Assembly: GCA_028534125.1 (NCBI GenBank)
Contig: CM052817.1
Span: 11,720,001 to 11,783,645 of the forward strand
Source: Lama glama
Taxonomy: Eukaryota
Length of the DNA stretch: 63,645 nucleotides
Reading direction: 5' to 3'
Shown here: one piece after another, positions 13,101 through 25,234 of the stretch
Layout: each line of letters starts with the position of its first letter
How positions within the stretch are numbered: the first letter of the stretch is position 1
The notes under the pieces: generated by a model
Database searches by the model: none
What the model was told of the DNA's origin: nothing
What the model saw: the letters and a program-made list of their open reading frames with translations, nothing else
Position numbers and translations under genes: made by a program

Positions 13101-13693
13101 AAAAGTGAATTTTATCACTGATACAAAAACTGGATTGAAGGACAAGGCCAGACTATGCAACCAAGTGCCAAACAGGTTTGCTGATGTTTCCTGCTTGCCC
13201 TGCCTCTAACTTACACCCACACTCCAGTCTGAGTCCTGCCTATGGAAAATTTTGGGGTGGCACACACACCCAGAATTGCTGCTTTATACCAGCTCACAGC
13301 ACAGAAGGAGAAAGACTGCACTCCCAGTCTGACAGCCTTTATAATGGATTAGCTCCGTACAGTCAAAGAATGTGAAGTAATGGCTGTCACCTAGCAGTCA
13401 GGTGGGAGGAGTATGGAAGGGGTGGAGCAAAAGGAAGGAATGTTCCTCCATACAGATACCTGGGGAGTGGGGGATAATAAATCTTACTGCCTAAGAAAAT
13501 CATCTCTAGACTGGATACAAACTGAAAAATCATGAATTAAAGATAGTACTGAGGAATTCACTCTGTGTTCAGCACTGTTTTCTCATTTTAGGAAAAACTG
13601 CAAAATATCAGAGAGAAAGGAAAATCTTAAAGCTCTGACAGGAAAGACAGACTGCCAAAAAAGAAACAACAGTTAGACTCACAGTAGACTTCT

Positions 13694-14597
13694 TTCTTTT
13701 TCTTTTTTCTTGAAGTATAATCAATTTACAATGTTGTGTCAATTTCTGGTGTATAGCATGATGTTTCAGTCATATATATACATACATATATTTGTTTTCA
13801 TATTCTTTTGTTATAGGTTACTACAAGATACTGGATATAGTTCCTTGTGCTATACAGTATAAACTTGTTGTTTATCTATTTTTGTATATTTTGTGAGTTA
13901 GTATCTGCAAATCTCAAACTCCCAGTTTATCCCTTCCCACTCCTTTCCCCCCAGGTAACCATAAGTTTGTTTTTTTTGTCTATGAGCCTGTTTTGTAAAT
14001 AAGTTTATTTGTGTCTTTTTTTTTTAGATTTCAGATATAAATGATATTATATGGTATTATTTCTTTCTCTTTATGGCTTGCTTCACTTAGAATGATGATC
14101 TCCAGGTCTTTCCATGTTGCTGCAAATGGCATTATTTTATTCTTTTTTATGGCTGAGTAGTATTCCATCATATAAATACACCACAACTTTTTTTATCCAG
14201 TCATCTGTCAATGGACATTTAGGTTGTTTCCATATCTTGGCTTTTGTAAATAGTGCTGCTATGAACATTGGGGTGCATGTATCTTTTTGAATTAGCATCT
14301 CTTCTGGATAGATGCCCAGGAGTGGGATTGATCCCCAGGAGTGGGATTGATCGATCATCTGGTAAGTCTATTTTTAGTTTTTTTTACGGAATCTCCATAC
14401 TGTTTTTCATAATGGCTGAATCAAACTACATTCCCACCAACAGTGAAGGAGGGTTCTGTTTTCTCCACACCTTTTCCAGCATTTGTTGTTTATGGACTTT
14501 TTAATGCTGGCCATTCTGTGTTGTGAGATAGTACCTCATTGTAGTTTTGATTTGCATTTCTCTGATAATTAATGATCTTGAGCATTTTTTCATGTTC
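13694..14597 (-). mobile_element. Lineage-specific L1, 5'-truncated (ORF2 C-terminus plus 3'UTR)
   Basis: ORF 14137-14358 'IPLLGIYPEE...KDTCTPMFIAALFT...WKQPKCP' is the ORF2p C-terminus; TSD-like ctcacagtagacttct (13678) / ctcacaataggctttt (14598). Confidence 0.92.
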
Positions 14598-16050
14598 CTC
14601 ACAATAGGCTTTTCAATTAGCAAAAACAGACCAGAAGACTCTTAAGTACAGTTGCAAATATCCAACCAAGGATAACAACCCAGCTAAATTATTTATTCAA
14701 GAATAAAAGCAAATATATTTTAGATATATAAAATTACGAGTTTACTACACAAAGATTGTCAATGTAAGAATTATTAAAGATATGCTAAAACAAAGTGGGG
14801 GTGAGGGAGAATTTGATGGATACAGAGTGTGAGATCCTTGTGTCTAAAAGGGAGATAAAATACTATAATCTTTAGAGTATTAGGTTAATGTATTGTTAAT
14901 TATGTATGCTAAAAGAGTAACTAAAATAAAATCTACAGGTAGAGGAAAAGGGCATGTAAAAAATATTATCCACCTAATGGAGATAAGGAGAAAATATAAA
15001 GAAGCAAAAAAAAAAAAGTTGATAAACTCCAAATTCAGGTATTACAATATGTGTAAGGAGATTAAGCCTTTAAAAGACTGGGATTATTAGATGGATATAA
15101 AAACAAAACACAATCCAACCATATGCTGCTGACAAAGGACACTACAAAACAAAATCACACAGAGAGGTTAAAAACAAAGCACTGGGAAATAAACTGATTA
15201 GTGTAGCAACATTAATATCATACAAAATAGATTTAAAGTATTACTAGCAAAAGACGACAATTATATAAAGAACAATCCTCTGAGAAGATGTAACAATCAT
15301 GACCCGTTTGCACCTAACAGCATATCCTTGGAAAACATAAAGTAGAAAAGGGACAAAAATATAAGGAGAAATGAGCAAATCAACAATTTTACTGGAGTAT
15401 TTAACCCCCGTCAGATACTTAAAGAACAAGCTGAAGAGATGTTAGTAAGAATAGAGATTTAAGCAACTCAAGAAGCTATCTGTAATAGATAATATACAAC
15501 TCTGAGTTAAACAAATAGGGAATATTAGATGCTTTTCATGTATACATGGAATAGTTACACAATGATCACATTAGGACACAGAAGAAGTCTCAATAAATTT
15601 GAAAGAATCAGTGTAATAAATTCCATGTTCTCTAATCAAAAGGCAATTAAATTAGAAATCAATAAGAAAACATTAAAAACATCACAATATGTTTCAAAAG
15701 TGAAATCATACTTAAGAATAATTAATAAATTAAAGATTAAAACCCAATGAGAATTACAAAATATTGGAAGAATACAACAATAGTACCTTAAGTGCATTTC
15801 TTAACAAATAAATGATTGAACATAAATGAATTAAGTATTTGGTTCAATAAGGTAAAACAAAAAAATAGACCTGAAGACTAGGAAAAAGAAACTAATAAAA
15901 GACCAAAAATTTAAACAGAAAATAAAGGAACTATACAAAGAAGCAAGAACATCTAAATATTGTTCTTTGATAAAGAAAAAATTAATAATAGATAAGTCGT
16001 TAGCAAAACTGATAAGAACAGAAAGGTGCAAAGGAATGAAAGAGTATGTA

Positions 16051-16604
16051 TAGCCAAGACATGAAAACAACCTAAATGTCCATTGACAGATAACTGGATA
16101 TAGTTATGGGGTATATATATATGTGTGTGTGTGCACACACACACACAATGGAATACAACTCAGCCATAAAAACAAATAAAATAATGCCATTTGCAGCAAC
16201 ATGGATAGATCTGGAGATCATCATTCTAAATGAAATAAGCCAGAAAGAGAAAGAAAAATACAGTATAATATCACTTATATGTGGAATCTAAAAAAGACAC
16301 AAATGAATTTATTTACAAAACAGTCTCACAGACATAGAAAACAAACTTATGGCTACCTGAGGGGAAAGGAGGTGGGAAGGGATAAATTGAGAGTTTGAGA
16401 TTTGTAGATACTAACTACTGTATATAAAATAGGTAAACAACAAGTTTATACTGTATAGCACAAGGAACTATATTCAGTATCACGTAACCTATAATGAAAA
16501 AGAATATGAAACTAAAAATATGTAAGTATATGTATGACTGAACTATTTTGCTGTACACCAGAAATTGACACAACATTTTAAACTGACTATACTTCAATTA
16601 AAAA
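16051..16604 (+). mobile_element. Lineage-specific L1, 5'-truncated
   Basis: 'MEYNSAIK...IMPFAATWIDLE'-type 3' region and A tail; TSD aaagagtatgta (16039-16050) / aaagtgtatgta (16605-16616). Confidence 0.9.
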
Positions 16605-18156
16605 AAAGTGTATGTAACTGATTATACAGTAGGGATATAAAAACATCAGAAAGAACACTATAAAGATATTTATGCTATAAAAATAAATTTCAACACAGAT
16701 AAATAATCTTCTGGAAAAATTTGTTTAAAATATCAATTTGAGCCTGGAACATGTAGAGAGCTTTAAAGAAAAGAATAATAACTAGAGAAGTTGAGATAGT
16801 ATTTAAAATCCTACCCCTCTCTACCTGTTAACCCTGATTCCCATCAGCCCCACCACACGAGCATTAAAGTCATCTGTCTTCTGGCCCAGATGATTTTAAC
16901 AAGTTTTATCAGTCCTTGAGGAACAGAAGATCCACATCTTATAAGACTGTTTCAAATAATTGCCAGCTTATTTTATGACAATATTATAATTTGATATTCA
17001 AACTAGACCAAGAAAGTAAAATACAATTACAGATAAATTTCACTTAGGAATACAGATGCAGAAATCCCAAATAAAATATAAACAAACTGACGTCAGCATA
17101 TGTGTGCACTACATATACACTCGCAGGTATAAGCAGAGGTTATTCCAGTGATGTAAGGATAGCTCTGTATGAGAAAATCTAATCATGTAATTCAGCATAA
17201 TAACAGATTAAAAGGGAATAACATAATCATATCAACAGATGGAGGAAAACACTGATAAAATTCAATACTCAGCCACAGTTATATATCAAATAATATTATA
17301 TATTATTTTTATATATAAGTATTAAATATTTAAAGAATTCTTAGCCATTTGGAAATAAAGGGAACTTCCTCAAATTGTTTATTTCTATTGAAAATTTATA
17401 GCAAACATAGTAAAGAATGGTAATACTATATAAGTATTCTTATGTCAAAAAAATTGAAGAAGGCAAATTTAGTTATTTCTATTATCATCATATTAAAAGC
17501 CATATCCAATGCAATAAATCATAGATAGAGAGAAATTAGGGTTTGAAAGCAATAGAACAGATACTTTAAATTGCAATGTGATCATTTCCATAGAATAATC
17601 CAAAAGAATCTAGAAACTGTTAGAAATACTAGAGCTCAAGTTTATAAGTTATGAGATCAATGTGCAAACATTAATAGCCATCTTAAATGCCAGCAGTAGC
17701 AAAATGGTGTATATAATAATATAACATTATAAGATGTTATGGGGTAAATTTAACAAAAGATATTTAATATCTTCATGGAGAAAATTACAAAATATTTTTG
17801 AAAGTTACAAAATGACATGAATAAATTAAGAGATATACTATGTTCATGGTTAGAAATATATCACTCATCCAAAGTTACTCTAAACATTCAATGAAATTCT
17901 AATTAAAATCCTAATTTTTCATGGATTTTGACAAGCTCATCCTAAAAATCATATGAAAGAAGAAAGGGACAGAACAAAGTTTTAGAAAAAGATGATAAAT
18001 TTCCATATAGATATCAAGAATTACTGTTAAAACCACAGTAACTGAGACATGTGCCATTGGTTAAGGGTTAGACAAATGGATCGGTGAAACAAAAGAGATC
18101 CATGGGTATGTAGAAACTTGATATGTGACACAAGTGGCATTAAAAAGTATTGGCAA

Positions 18157-18314
18157 GGGGAGAGGGTATAGCTCAAGTAAGTGGTAGAGCACATACTTAG
18201 CATGCACAAGGCCCTGGGTTCAAACCCCAGCACCTCCTCTAAAAAAATAAAAAAGTCTAATTACCTCTTCCCCCCAAATTAAAAAAAAAGCACAATGATA
18301 AATAAAATAATTAA
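18157..18314 (+). mobile_element. tRNA-Ala-derived SINE (Vic-1-like), copy 2
   Basis: Same head and tail as copy 1; perfect 15-bp TSD aaaaagtattggcaa (18142-18156 / 18315-18329). Confidence 0.93.
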
Positions 18315-18967
18315 AAAAAGTATTGGCAAAAAAATTATATGGCAAAAACTAATTGGAAAAAAATAATTAAAATCAAATCCCTTACCACCAGCATACCGGA
18401 AGTGGCTAAAAACAGAAACGTGATAAGCAAATGTTTAAATATTTAGAAGAAAATATAGGAGAAAATCTTTATGACCTTTCCAAAAATATTTTATAAAAAC
18501 AAAAGCAAAAAGCATAAACTCTAAAGAAAAAGAGAAATTTGAGTATATTAAAGGGAAAATTTTTTTTATTATAAGACAGCATAAAGTTAAAAGACAAGTC
18601 ACAGACTAAATGAAGATATTTATTACCCATGTAAATTACAAAGGTTTAGCTTCCAGAACTTAAGAAGAACTCCTACATATTGGTAAGAAAAGACAAACAC
18701 TTCAATAGGATAATGGATAAAGGCAACGCATAGGCAATCTGCAGAAGAAGAAATGTGAATGGCCAACAGATGTAAGAAAAATGCAAAATAAAACAATGAG
18801 ATTCCTTTGCACGGTTATCAAAGTGAAAAAAATGTAATTAAAGTTGCCTAACTCCAAAGTTTGAGGGTCATGTGGAGACTTGGCAACTCACATGCCCTTG
18901 TTGGTGAGGGTAGCCACTGTTCAATTAACTTGGAGAATAATTTGGCAGTATTTGGTCAGTTTGAAAT

Positions 18968-19419
18968 GTGTCTTAATTTGGTCTGGTTCTCCAGAAACCA
19001 ACTTTGGATGAGATTTGTGTGCAAGTGTTTAAGAAAGTGCTCTCAGGGGAGACTAGTAAGGGGGTGGCAAGCAGACCATGGAAGGAGAGGAAGGCAAGTA
19101 ATTGTGAGGTCTGAGGCAGAGTCCTACAGACCTTGCCTCCCCTAACCCCAGAGGGGAGCTCTGGATGAAAGGTACTCTGAGAAATTGTTCTAAGTGGAAG
19201 CAGGGGGAGTTGGTCTTTCCTTCCTTCCTTCCTATAGTGCACCAGACAGTCATGACTCAAGGGCAGATGAGATGGGGAAATGAATGCTTGATAGTTCAGG
19301 GTTGGCTTCAGATGCTCTGTGTTAGATTTCACCCCTAACCTGGGGTGAGGGGAGAACACAATAAATGGGGGGAAAGATTTGGGTTGAACATTGACAGAGG
19401 AATACATGTCTACACCACA
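18968..19419 (-). mobile_element. ERVL solo LTR (LTR16-like) nested in old L1
   Basis: tg...ca-bounded segment with 'gagatttgtgtgcaagtgtttaagaaagtgctctcagg'; host L1 resumes at 'ccagcaattccact'. Confidence 0.6.
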
Positions 19420-22197
19420 GTCCAGCAATTCCACTTTCTCCTTGCTCTTTGTACACCAGGAGTCATATACAGGAACCTTCATAGAAGTGTTGTGGATGGT
19501 AACAAAACACCAGAAGTAATCCAAGTGGCCAGGAGAATAGTTAAATAAATTGTGCTGTATAAATACCAGAGATACTTAATAGCAGTTAAAACAAATGAAT
19601 GAGACTGTATGTTTCTTTACAGATACAGCTCAAAAATACATAGTATAGTTATAAAAAAGCAGTCTGCAAGATGAAAAATGCAATAGACACCATTTATATA
19701 AAGTTTGAAAAACCTACAAAATTGTATTTTTTAAGGATGCATACATAGCCAATAATGGTGTAAGACATGCAAAAGAAAAATAAACGCAAAATCAAGATAG
19801 TGATTGCCATCAGAGAGGCAGGAGGTAATGTGTTTGGGGAAGTGTACAAAGGGAGCATTAACATCTGTAATGTTTTGTTTGCTAAAAAACCTGAAGCGTA
19901 ATTTGATTAAGCTCGATTCCTTTCCAGTCTTGTCTTTTTCTTCACTGTGGAACTCTTTACATATTCATTTGGTTCTAAATACCTTTCCCTAAACTTCAGG
20001 AATTTTGATGTGAGTGCATGTGAGTTACCAGTCTTTCAGTGGAGCCAGAAATAAAAGTGTTTGTAATAATGAGATTCTGGGAAGAAATCAAGGTAGAATA
20101 AACCCAAGTCTTGAAATTACATTTGTCACTTTGGTGAAGATAAAGTGGAAATGAGAATATGAGGGGCCAGCAGAGCCAAGCCTTAGTCTTAAAGATCCGC
20201 TGCCATTATTAACCACCTACGAAGCCCCAGGCACTGAACTACCTGTTTCACACACTTCATCAGTTTAATACCATGCTACAAGGTAGATGTAGCAGAATTG
20301 CCTCATACAGTCCTATATGCATTTAACTTGGGTGCATTTCAGCTTGCATGGGGGAAGCAGTGTAAGGGAGAAAAAGCAGAAAAGGAAGAGAGAAGGAGGA
20401 AAATGGGAAGAGGAAAGGGGAAGAAGGAAGTATTTTGCACGGGGCATATTTAAATACTGCATTCAGTTCTGGTAGGACCTCTGATTAGTGTTTGGCTTGG
20501 AGTAACCCGAAATAGACACATGACACTGTTATTCCTTAAAATGGCCTCCGTTTCAAATACTTCACACTTTGTTAGCTTCAGCTGTGCTGAATGCAATTCT
20601 AATACTTAAATCTAAACCATCCCCATTTAATGTGGCCCTCAAATGTAAGCCAGTGGCTTCATCTGGTCCTTAAATGAGGAAGCAGCCATTTTCCCCAACG
20701 CTAGAGGAAAAGCTGGCTTTGCTGGTCTTAATGAAATACACAGTGGCACATGGACTCCAAAGTAGCTGCCTTCTCAGAGATTAAAAAAAATCTGCATGAC
20801 TTTTACAGTCTGACTAGAGTCAAACCTCTGAATGTGCATTAATATTGTCTTCTTTAATCCTAAAGTGCTGAAACTGATGCCTAGAAGGGGTTATCCACTT
20901 ACTCAAGGTTGGGGAATAAGGCCGAGTTGGGGTTTGAGCCCTTCTCCTTTTCCAGAGCTCTCTTTTTGTCTTATCTGAGGCTTCATGAAAAGTACGGAAG
21001 AACAAAGGTTGGCAGGTATATTTTGAGTGCCAGAGAGAGGACAAATATTGCACATCTTTTCCTGGGGTCTGATTGCAGCAAGGTGCTAGAACTACCTAAC
21101 GATGCTGTATTCGATGCTGGATTCCAAACCAACATCACTATATGTAAAACTGAACTTTAATTTCTGCAAAACAATCGGTTTCCTTAGATAATGCTATTCC
21201 CTTGATAGAATAGCTTCTAAGGGCATGTTTCTCTTTCCTTTAGGGAGGATAGTGAATTCCCTAGAAATAAAATGGGCCTATTTGTCACTTGAAATGACCT
21301 GGTGACTTAGAATAGCTCTGCTTATTTCTGCAATTTGTCTTTCCCTCGCCTTCACCATGATCATCTGGCTTTCATATCCTGGGTGGTGGAAAATGAAAGG
21401 CAGTGTGTATTTTTCGTGAGATTTTAAAATTTGAATTTCCTGCTGTGAGTGCTCTTGCTGCTCAGTTCAAATTAGAGCAGGATGAACTTCTTGAACTGTC
21501 ACCAACTTGGCCACAGGCTGACTCCAGGACCTCCTGCAGGGAAAGTTCCCTGAAGGGACAGCATAAAATGTCTCTGCAGGAGAGATTAAATGGTTTAATA
21601 ATGTCCTATTAAACCCGTAGCTTTCAAACTGAACCTTTCAATACCACTTGTCACCCCAAAGCTCCTGTTGAAGTGATTTTAATCTCAGAGAAGGCTTTTA
21701 CTATTAGACAGAAGACACTGGCAACATTATCACTTTTTAGCTTTTTGTGGGGGTGAGAGATGAAGAGCTTTTGTCAATTCTCATAAAGCTTGTAAGAATG
21801 GTTTCTAGTGCAGGTAGCAGGAGAATGGAGTGAGTTTTGTAAATAAACAGGAATAAATAATAACAAAATATAATGAAGGGATGAATCAAACACCAGTGAT
21901 GACCATATACCATGAACTGAGGGGTTTGATTGACTCAACTCTGTCCGTAAATTAAAAAGAAAAACAAACAGAACAAAACAAGGACATAGACCAGATCCCA
22001 CTAGAACAGAGCGTATCTGTGTTGCTTCCATTCCCAATGAACAAATGAAGTTTCAAAAGTAAGTGTATAATCTCATCAGGGAAATCAGCAGAGACTCCAA
22101 ATAGGTTTTTAATACTCATTATTCACTTTCTTAGAGTGATTGGACATCACACTCTTCTTTAAAATGCCATTTGTGTTCTTACTGTGGTCAGATGATT

Positions 22198-22640
22198 CTT
22201 TAAACTTTTAATTTTAGAACAGTTTTAGATTTTGAAAGATAGTACAGACCTACACCATACCCTGTGCCCTAGTTCCCCTGTTACTAACAGCGTACATTGG
22301 TGTGGCATGTTTGTTATACTTAATGAGCCAATACTGATACATTATTATTAATTAAAGTCAGTACTTTATTCACATTTCCTTAGATTTTACCCAATGTCTT
22401 TTTCTGTTCCAGTAGCTCATCCAGGATCATATTACATTTAGTTGCCATGTCTTCTTAGGCTCCTCTTAGCTGTGACAGTTTCTCAGTCTTTCCTTGTTTT
22501 TGATGACTTTGACATTTTTGAGGGGTACTGATTGGATATTTTGTATCCTGTACCTCAACTGGAATTCGTCTGATGTTTTTTTCACGGTTAGACTGGGGTT
22601 ATGTGTCTTTTGGAGTAAGATCACAGAGGGCCAGTTTTAT
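22198..22640 (-). mobile_element. L1MC/MD-type 3' end
   Basis: 'ttttagaacagttttagat...aatgagccaatactgatacattattattaattaaagtc...ttacatttagttgccatgtcttcttagg'. Confidence 0.75.
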
Positions 22641-22689
22641 CACGCCTCTCTATCTCTGTTTCATCTTTGTCTCTTGACCTATATTTATA

Positions 22690-23160
22690 TATCTATCTAT
22701 CTATCTGTGTGTGTGTATAAAATATGTATGTGTGAGAATGAGAGAGAGGGGGAGACAGAGAGAGAGAGAGGAAGAGAAGAGACGAGAGGAGAGGAGAGAA
22801 GGGAGAGAAGGTGAGAAAAAGAGAGATTTTAAGGAGTTGGCTTATGTTATTGTGACAGTGTGAGTCCAAAATCTGCAGGGCAGGCTGGAGACCCAGGCTA
22901 AAGTTATAGTCTGAGTCCAAAAGCAGTCTGCTGGCCGAATTCCTTCTTGATCAGAGCAAGTCAGTCTTTGCTCTGTTAAGGCATTCAATTGATTGGATGA
23001 GGTCCACCAAATTATGGAGGGTAACCTGCTTTACTCAAAGTCCATTGATCTAAATGTTAATTTCATCCAAAACAACCTTCCCAGAAATGCCCAGAGTAAT
23101 GTTGACTAAATATCTGGGTAATGTGGCCCAGCCAAACCGACTGATAAAATTAGCCATCAG
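22690..23160 (-). mobile_element. MLT2 (ERVL) solo LTR with internal (GA)n tract
   Basis: 'gattggatgaggtccacc...atggagggtaacctgctttactcaaagtcca...aaatatctggg...tggcccagccaa...aaaattagccatca'. Confidence 0.85.
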
Positions 23161-23849
23161 AAGCAGACTTATGAAAGGATAATAACACTTTCCTCTTATA
23201 GCCCTACTCCACCCCCAACCTTATATTCTAAAGGCCCAAGAGAGAATTCATGGGGCTTCGAATTAAGAAGTGGAGCTTGATTATTTGATTAAGGGCAAAA
23301 AGAAGTCTAAGAATGGTGTGCTGGAAGTTACTTGAGTTCAGAGGCAGAGTATTGGGTTCCCCAAGACTGGGAATTTGAAGAGATAGCAGGTTTCTCAGTG
23401 AGTCAAGTCCTATGCCTCATGCTCATGAATCTCCTCAGATGAGGTGATGGTGTGGAAGGCTGTGTGGGCTGAAATCAGGGTGCCAAGGCTTGGACACCTC
23501 TGGTAAATATTATGAAGAGACCATCAACCTTCACTGAGCATTTCAACTGCAGTCAGGATGGATTGAAAACCAGAGGCTTTTCTTCATTTTCTAGGTGCCA
23601 TGCAAATCCTAGAGTTTTTGCTAAGCCTCAGGAGGAAAGAAGGAAGTGAAAAAGGAAATTTGATTGCAATTAATTTTCTTGTTATTCTGGTGAATGGAAC
23701 CTCAGATTAAGTAGGTTACCTATAATTCAGAATAAATAAAATAATGGGCTGCACTTGGCCTCTCAGTGTGTGGGACAAACCATTCCACTATAATAACTTC
23801 AGTCTTTATAATTGCTTCTCAGAGTTTTTTGGCAACTAATTTATTTTAA

Positions 23850-24010
23850 AATAACTATAATTTTAAAATGTAAGGAACCTGAGGAATCCTTATGTGCAAA
23901 GACCTGTCTTCAGTGATGAGGAAACTGACCTGCTCAAGGTCACGTGGTGAAGAACAAACACAAGGCTAGAACCCAGACTTCCCAATCCTCGGTGCACATG
24001 CTTTCCCTCT
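23850..24010 (-). mobile_element. MIR fragment
   Basis: 'gatgaggaaactgacctgctcaaggtcac...ggctagaacccagacttcc'. Confidence 0.65.
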
Positions 24011-24099
24011 ATCTCAATTTCATATAAATTTGCTACTTTATATTATATAGATCAATTATTTTATTTTAAAATATAAATTAGTTTTTTACTTTTAGAAAC

Positions 24100-24467
24100 T
24101 GTTATGAACCGAGTTGTGTTCCCCCCAGATTTCTATGTTGAAGCCCTAACCCCCATTGTAACTGTCTGTGGAGATAGGCTTTTAAAGAGGTGATTAAGGT
24201 CAAATGAAGTCATAAGACTGGGACCCTAATTCAGTAGGGCTTGTTCTTACAAAAGAGAGAGAGAGACACAGGAATGTGCACCCACAGAGAAAATGTCAGT
24301 TGAGGACACAAGAAGGCGGCTCTCTGCAAGCCAAAGAAAGAGCCCTCGGGAAATTTTCAACCTGCCAATACCTTGATCTTGGACTTCCAGCCTCCAGAAC
24401 TGTGAGAAATACATTAAACCTCCCAGTCTGTGTGGATTTTATGTTGGCTTAAGCAAACTGACTCATA
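24100..24467 (+). mobile_element. MLT1A/B MaLR solo LTR
   Basis: 'tgttatgaaccgagttgtgttccccccagatttctatgttgaagccctaacccc...accttgatcttggacttccagcctccagaactgtgagaaata'. Confidence 0.88.
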
Positions 24468-25234
24468 AGTCATTGTACTTTCCATGAATACATTTTTTTA
24501 TACAGGTAATTCACTGCTAGACTAAAATCTTCTCAAGTGCTCTCTTAAATGTTTTTGTTCTTTCAGCTGTTCTAGTTTATTAATTTCCACTTATGCTCTA
24601 TATTCTGTTTATTCCTCTTTTATAGACTTTTGGGGAGCATCCTTTCCCCCCTGCCTGTTATTTGAGACTGAGGTCCAGCTGCTGGGGTATGTTTAGTGAG
24701 TAGCCCCATTGTCCTGGGAGGCAGAGTGATCTTGGACCCAGCTTATAGTTCTAGGACACCTGTTAATGAATCAAGAGGGAAGCTTCTCTCTTCCCTGGTT
24801 ATTCATGTGCAAGAGCTGCAAGTCTCACTCAGCCAGCTTCATAGCCAGAGAGGACCCAATGTCCCAGTGGTTTAGCTTCCTTGGGGCTCATGCAATTTGA
24901 AGTAGTTAGATGGATAAGCTGGTCCCCAAGGTAAATTCATATGGGTACACCTAGCCTCTTTGCCTGCGACCTTAGATCTCCCAGACCAGGCTCTTTCCAG
25001 AATTTATCCCTTAAGATTCAACAGGTGCTCAGCCTCTCATCTGGCCAAGAGTGTAAAAATTCCCTTATAGCCCAACTCTTCTTATCGACCTCAGCAGAAC
25101 TAAGATACTGCTTATTTAAGGACCCCCAGCTCTTGTAGCTGGTGGGCTCAGGAAAGTGAGGTTCTGTACTTGGCTTTTTAACCTAGATGACATGTGAAGC
25201 TTCTCAGGGAGGACAGACAGACATTGGAAAAGAG

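Larger units (their letters stand above)
11130..19900 (+). mobile_element. Near full-length ancient L1 (L1ME-like), heavily interrupted
   Basis: Collinear relics of 5'UTR/ORF1 (11130-14800), ORF2 endonuclease (15100-15750; ORF 15529 'LGHRRSLNKFERI...MFSNQKAIKLEIN'), RT region (16900-18100) and 3'UTR (19420-19900). Confidence 0.7.

Noticed and set aside
18973..19524. 183-aa minus-strand ORF
   Set aside because: Spans an LTR/L1 junction antisense to the L1 and shows no protein-like features.
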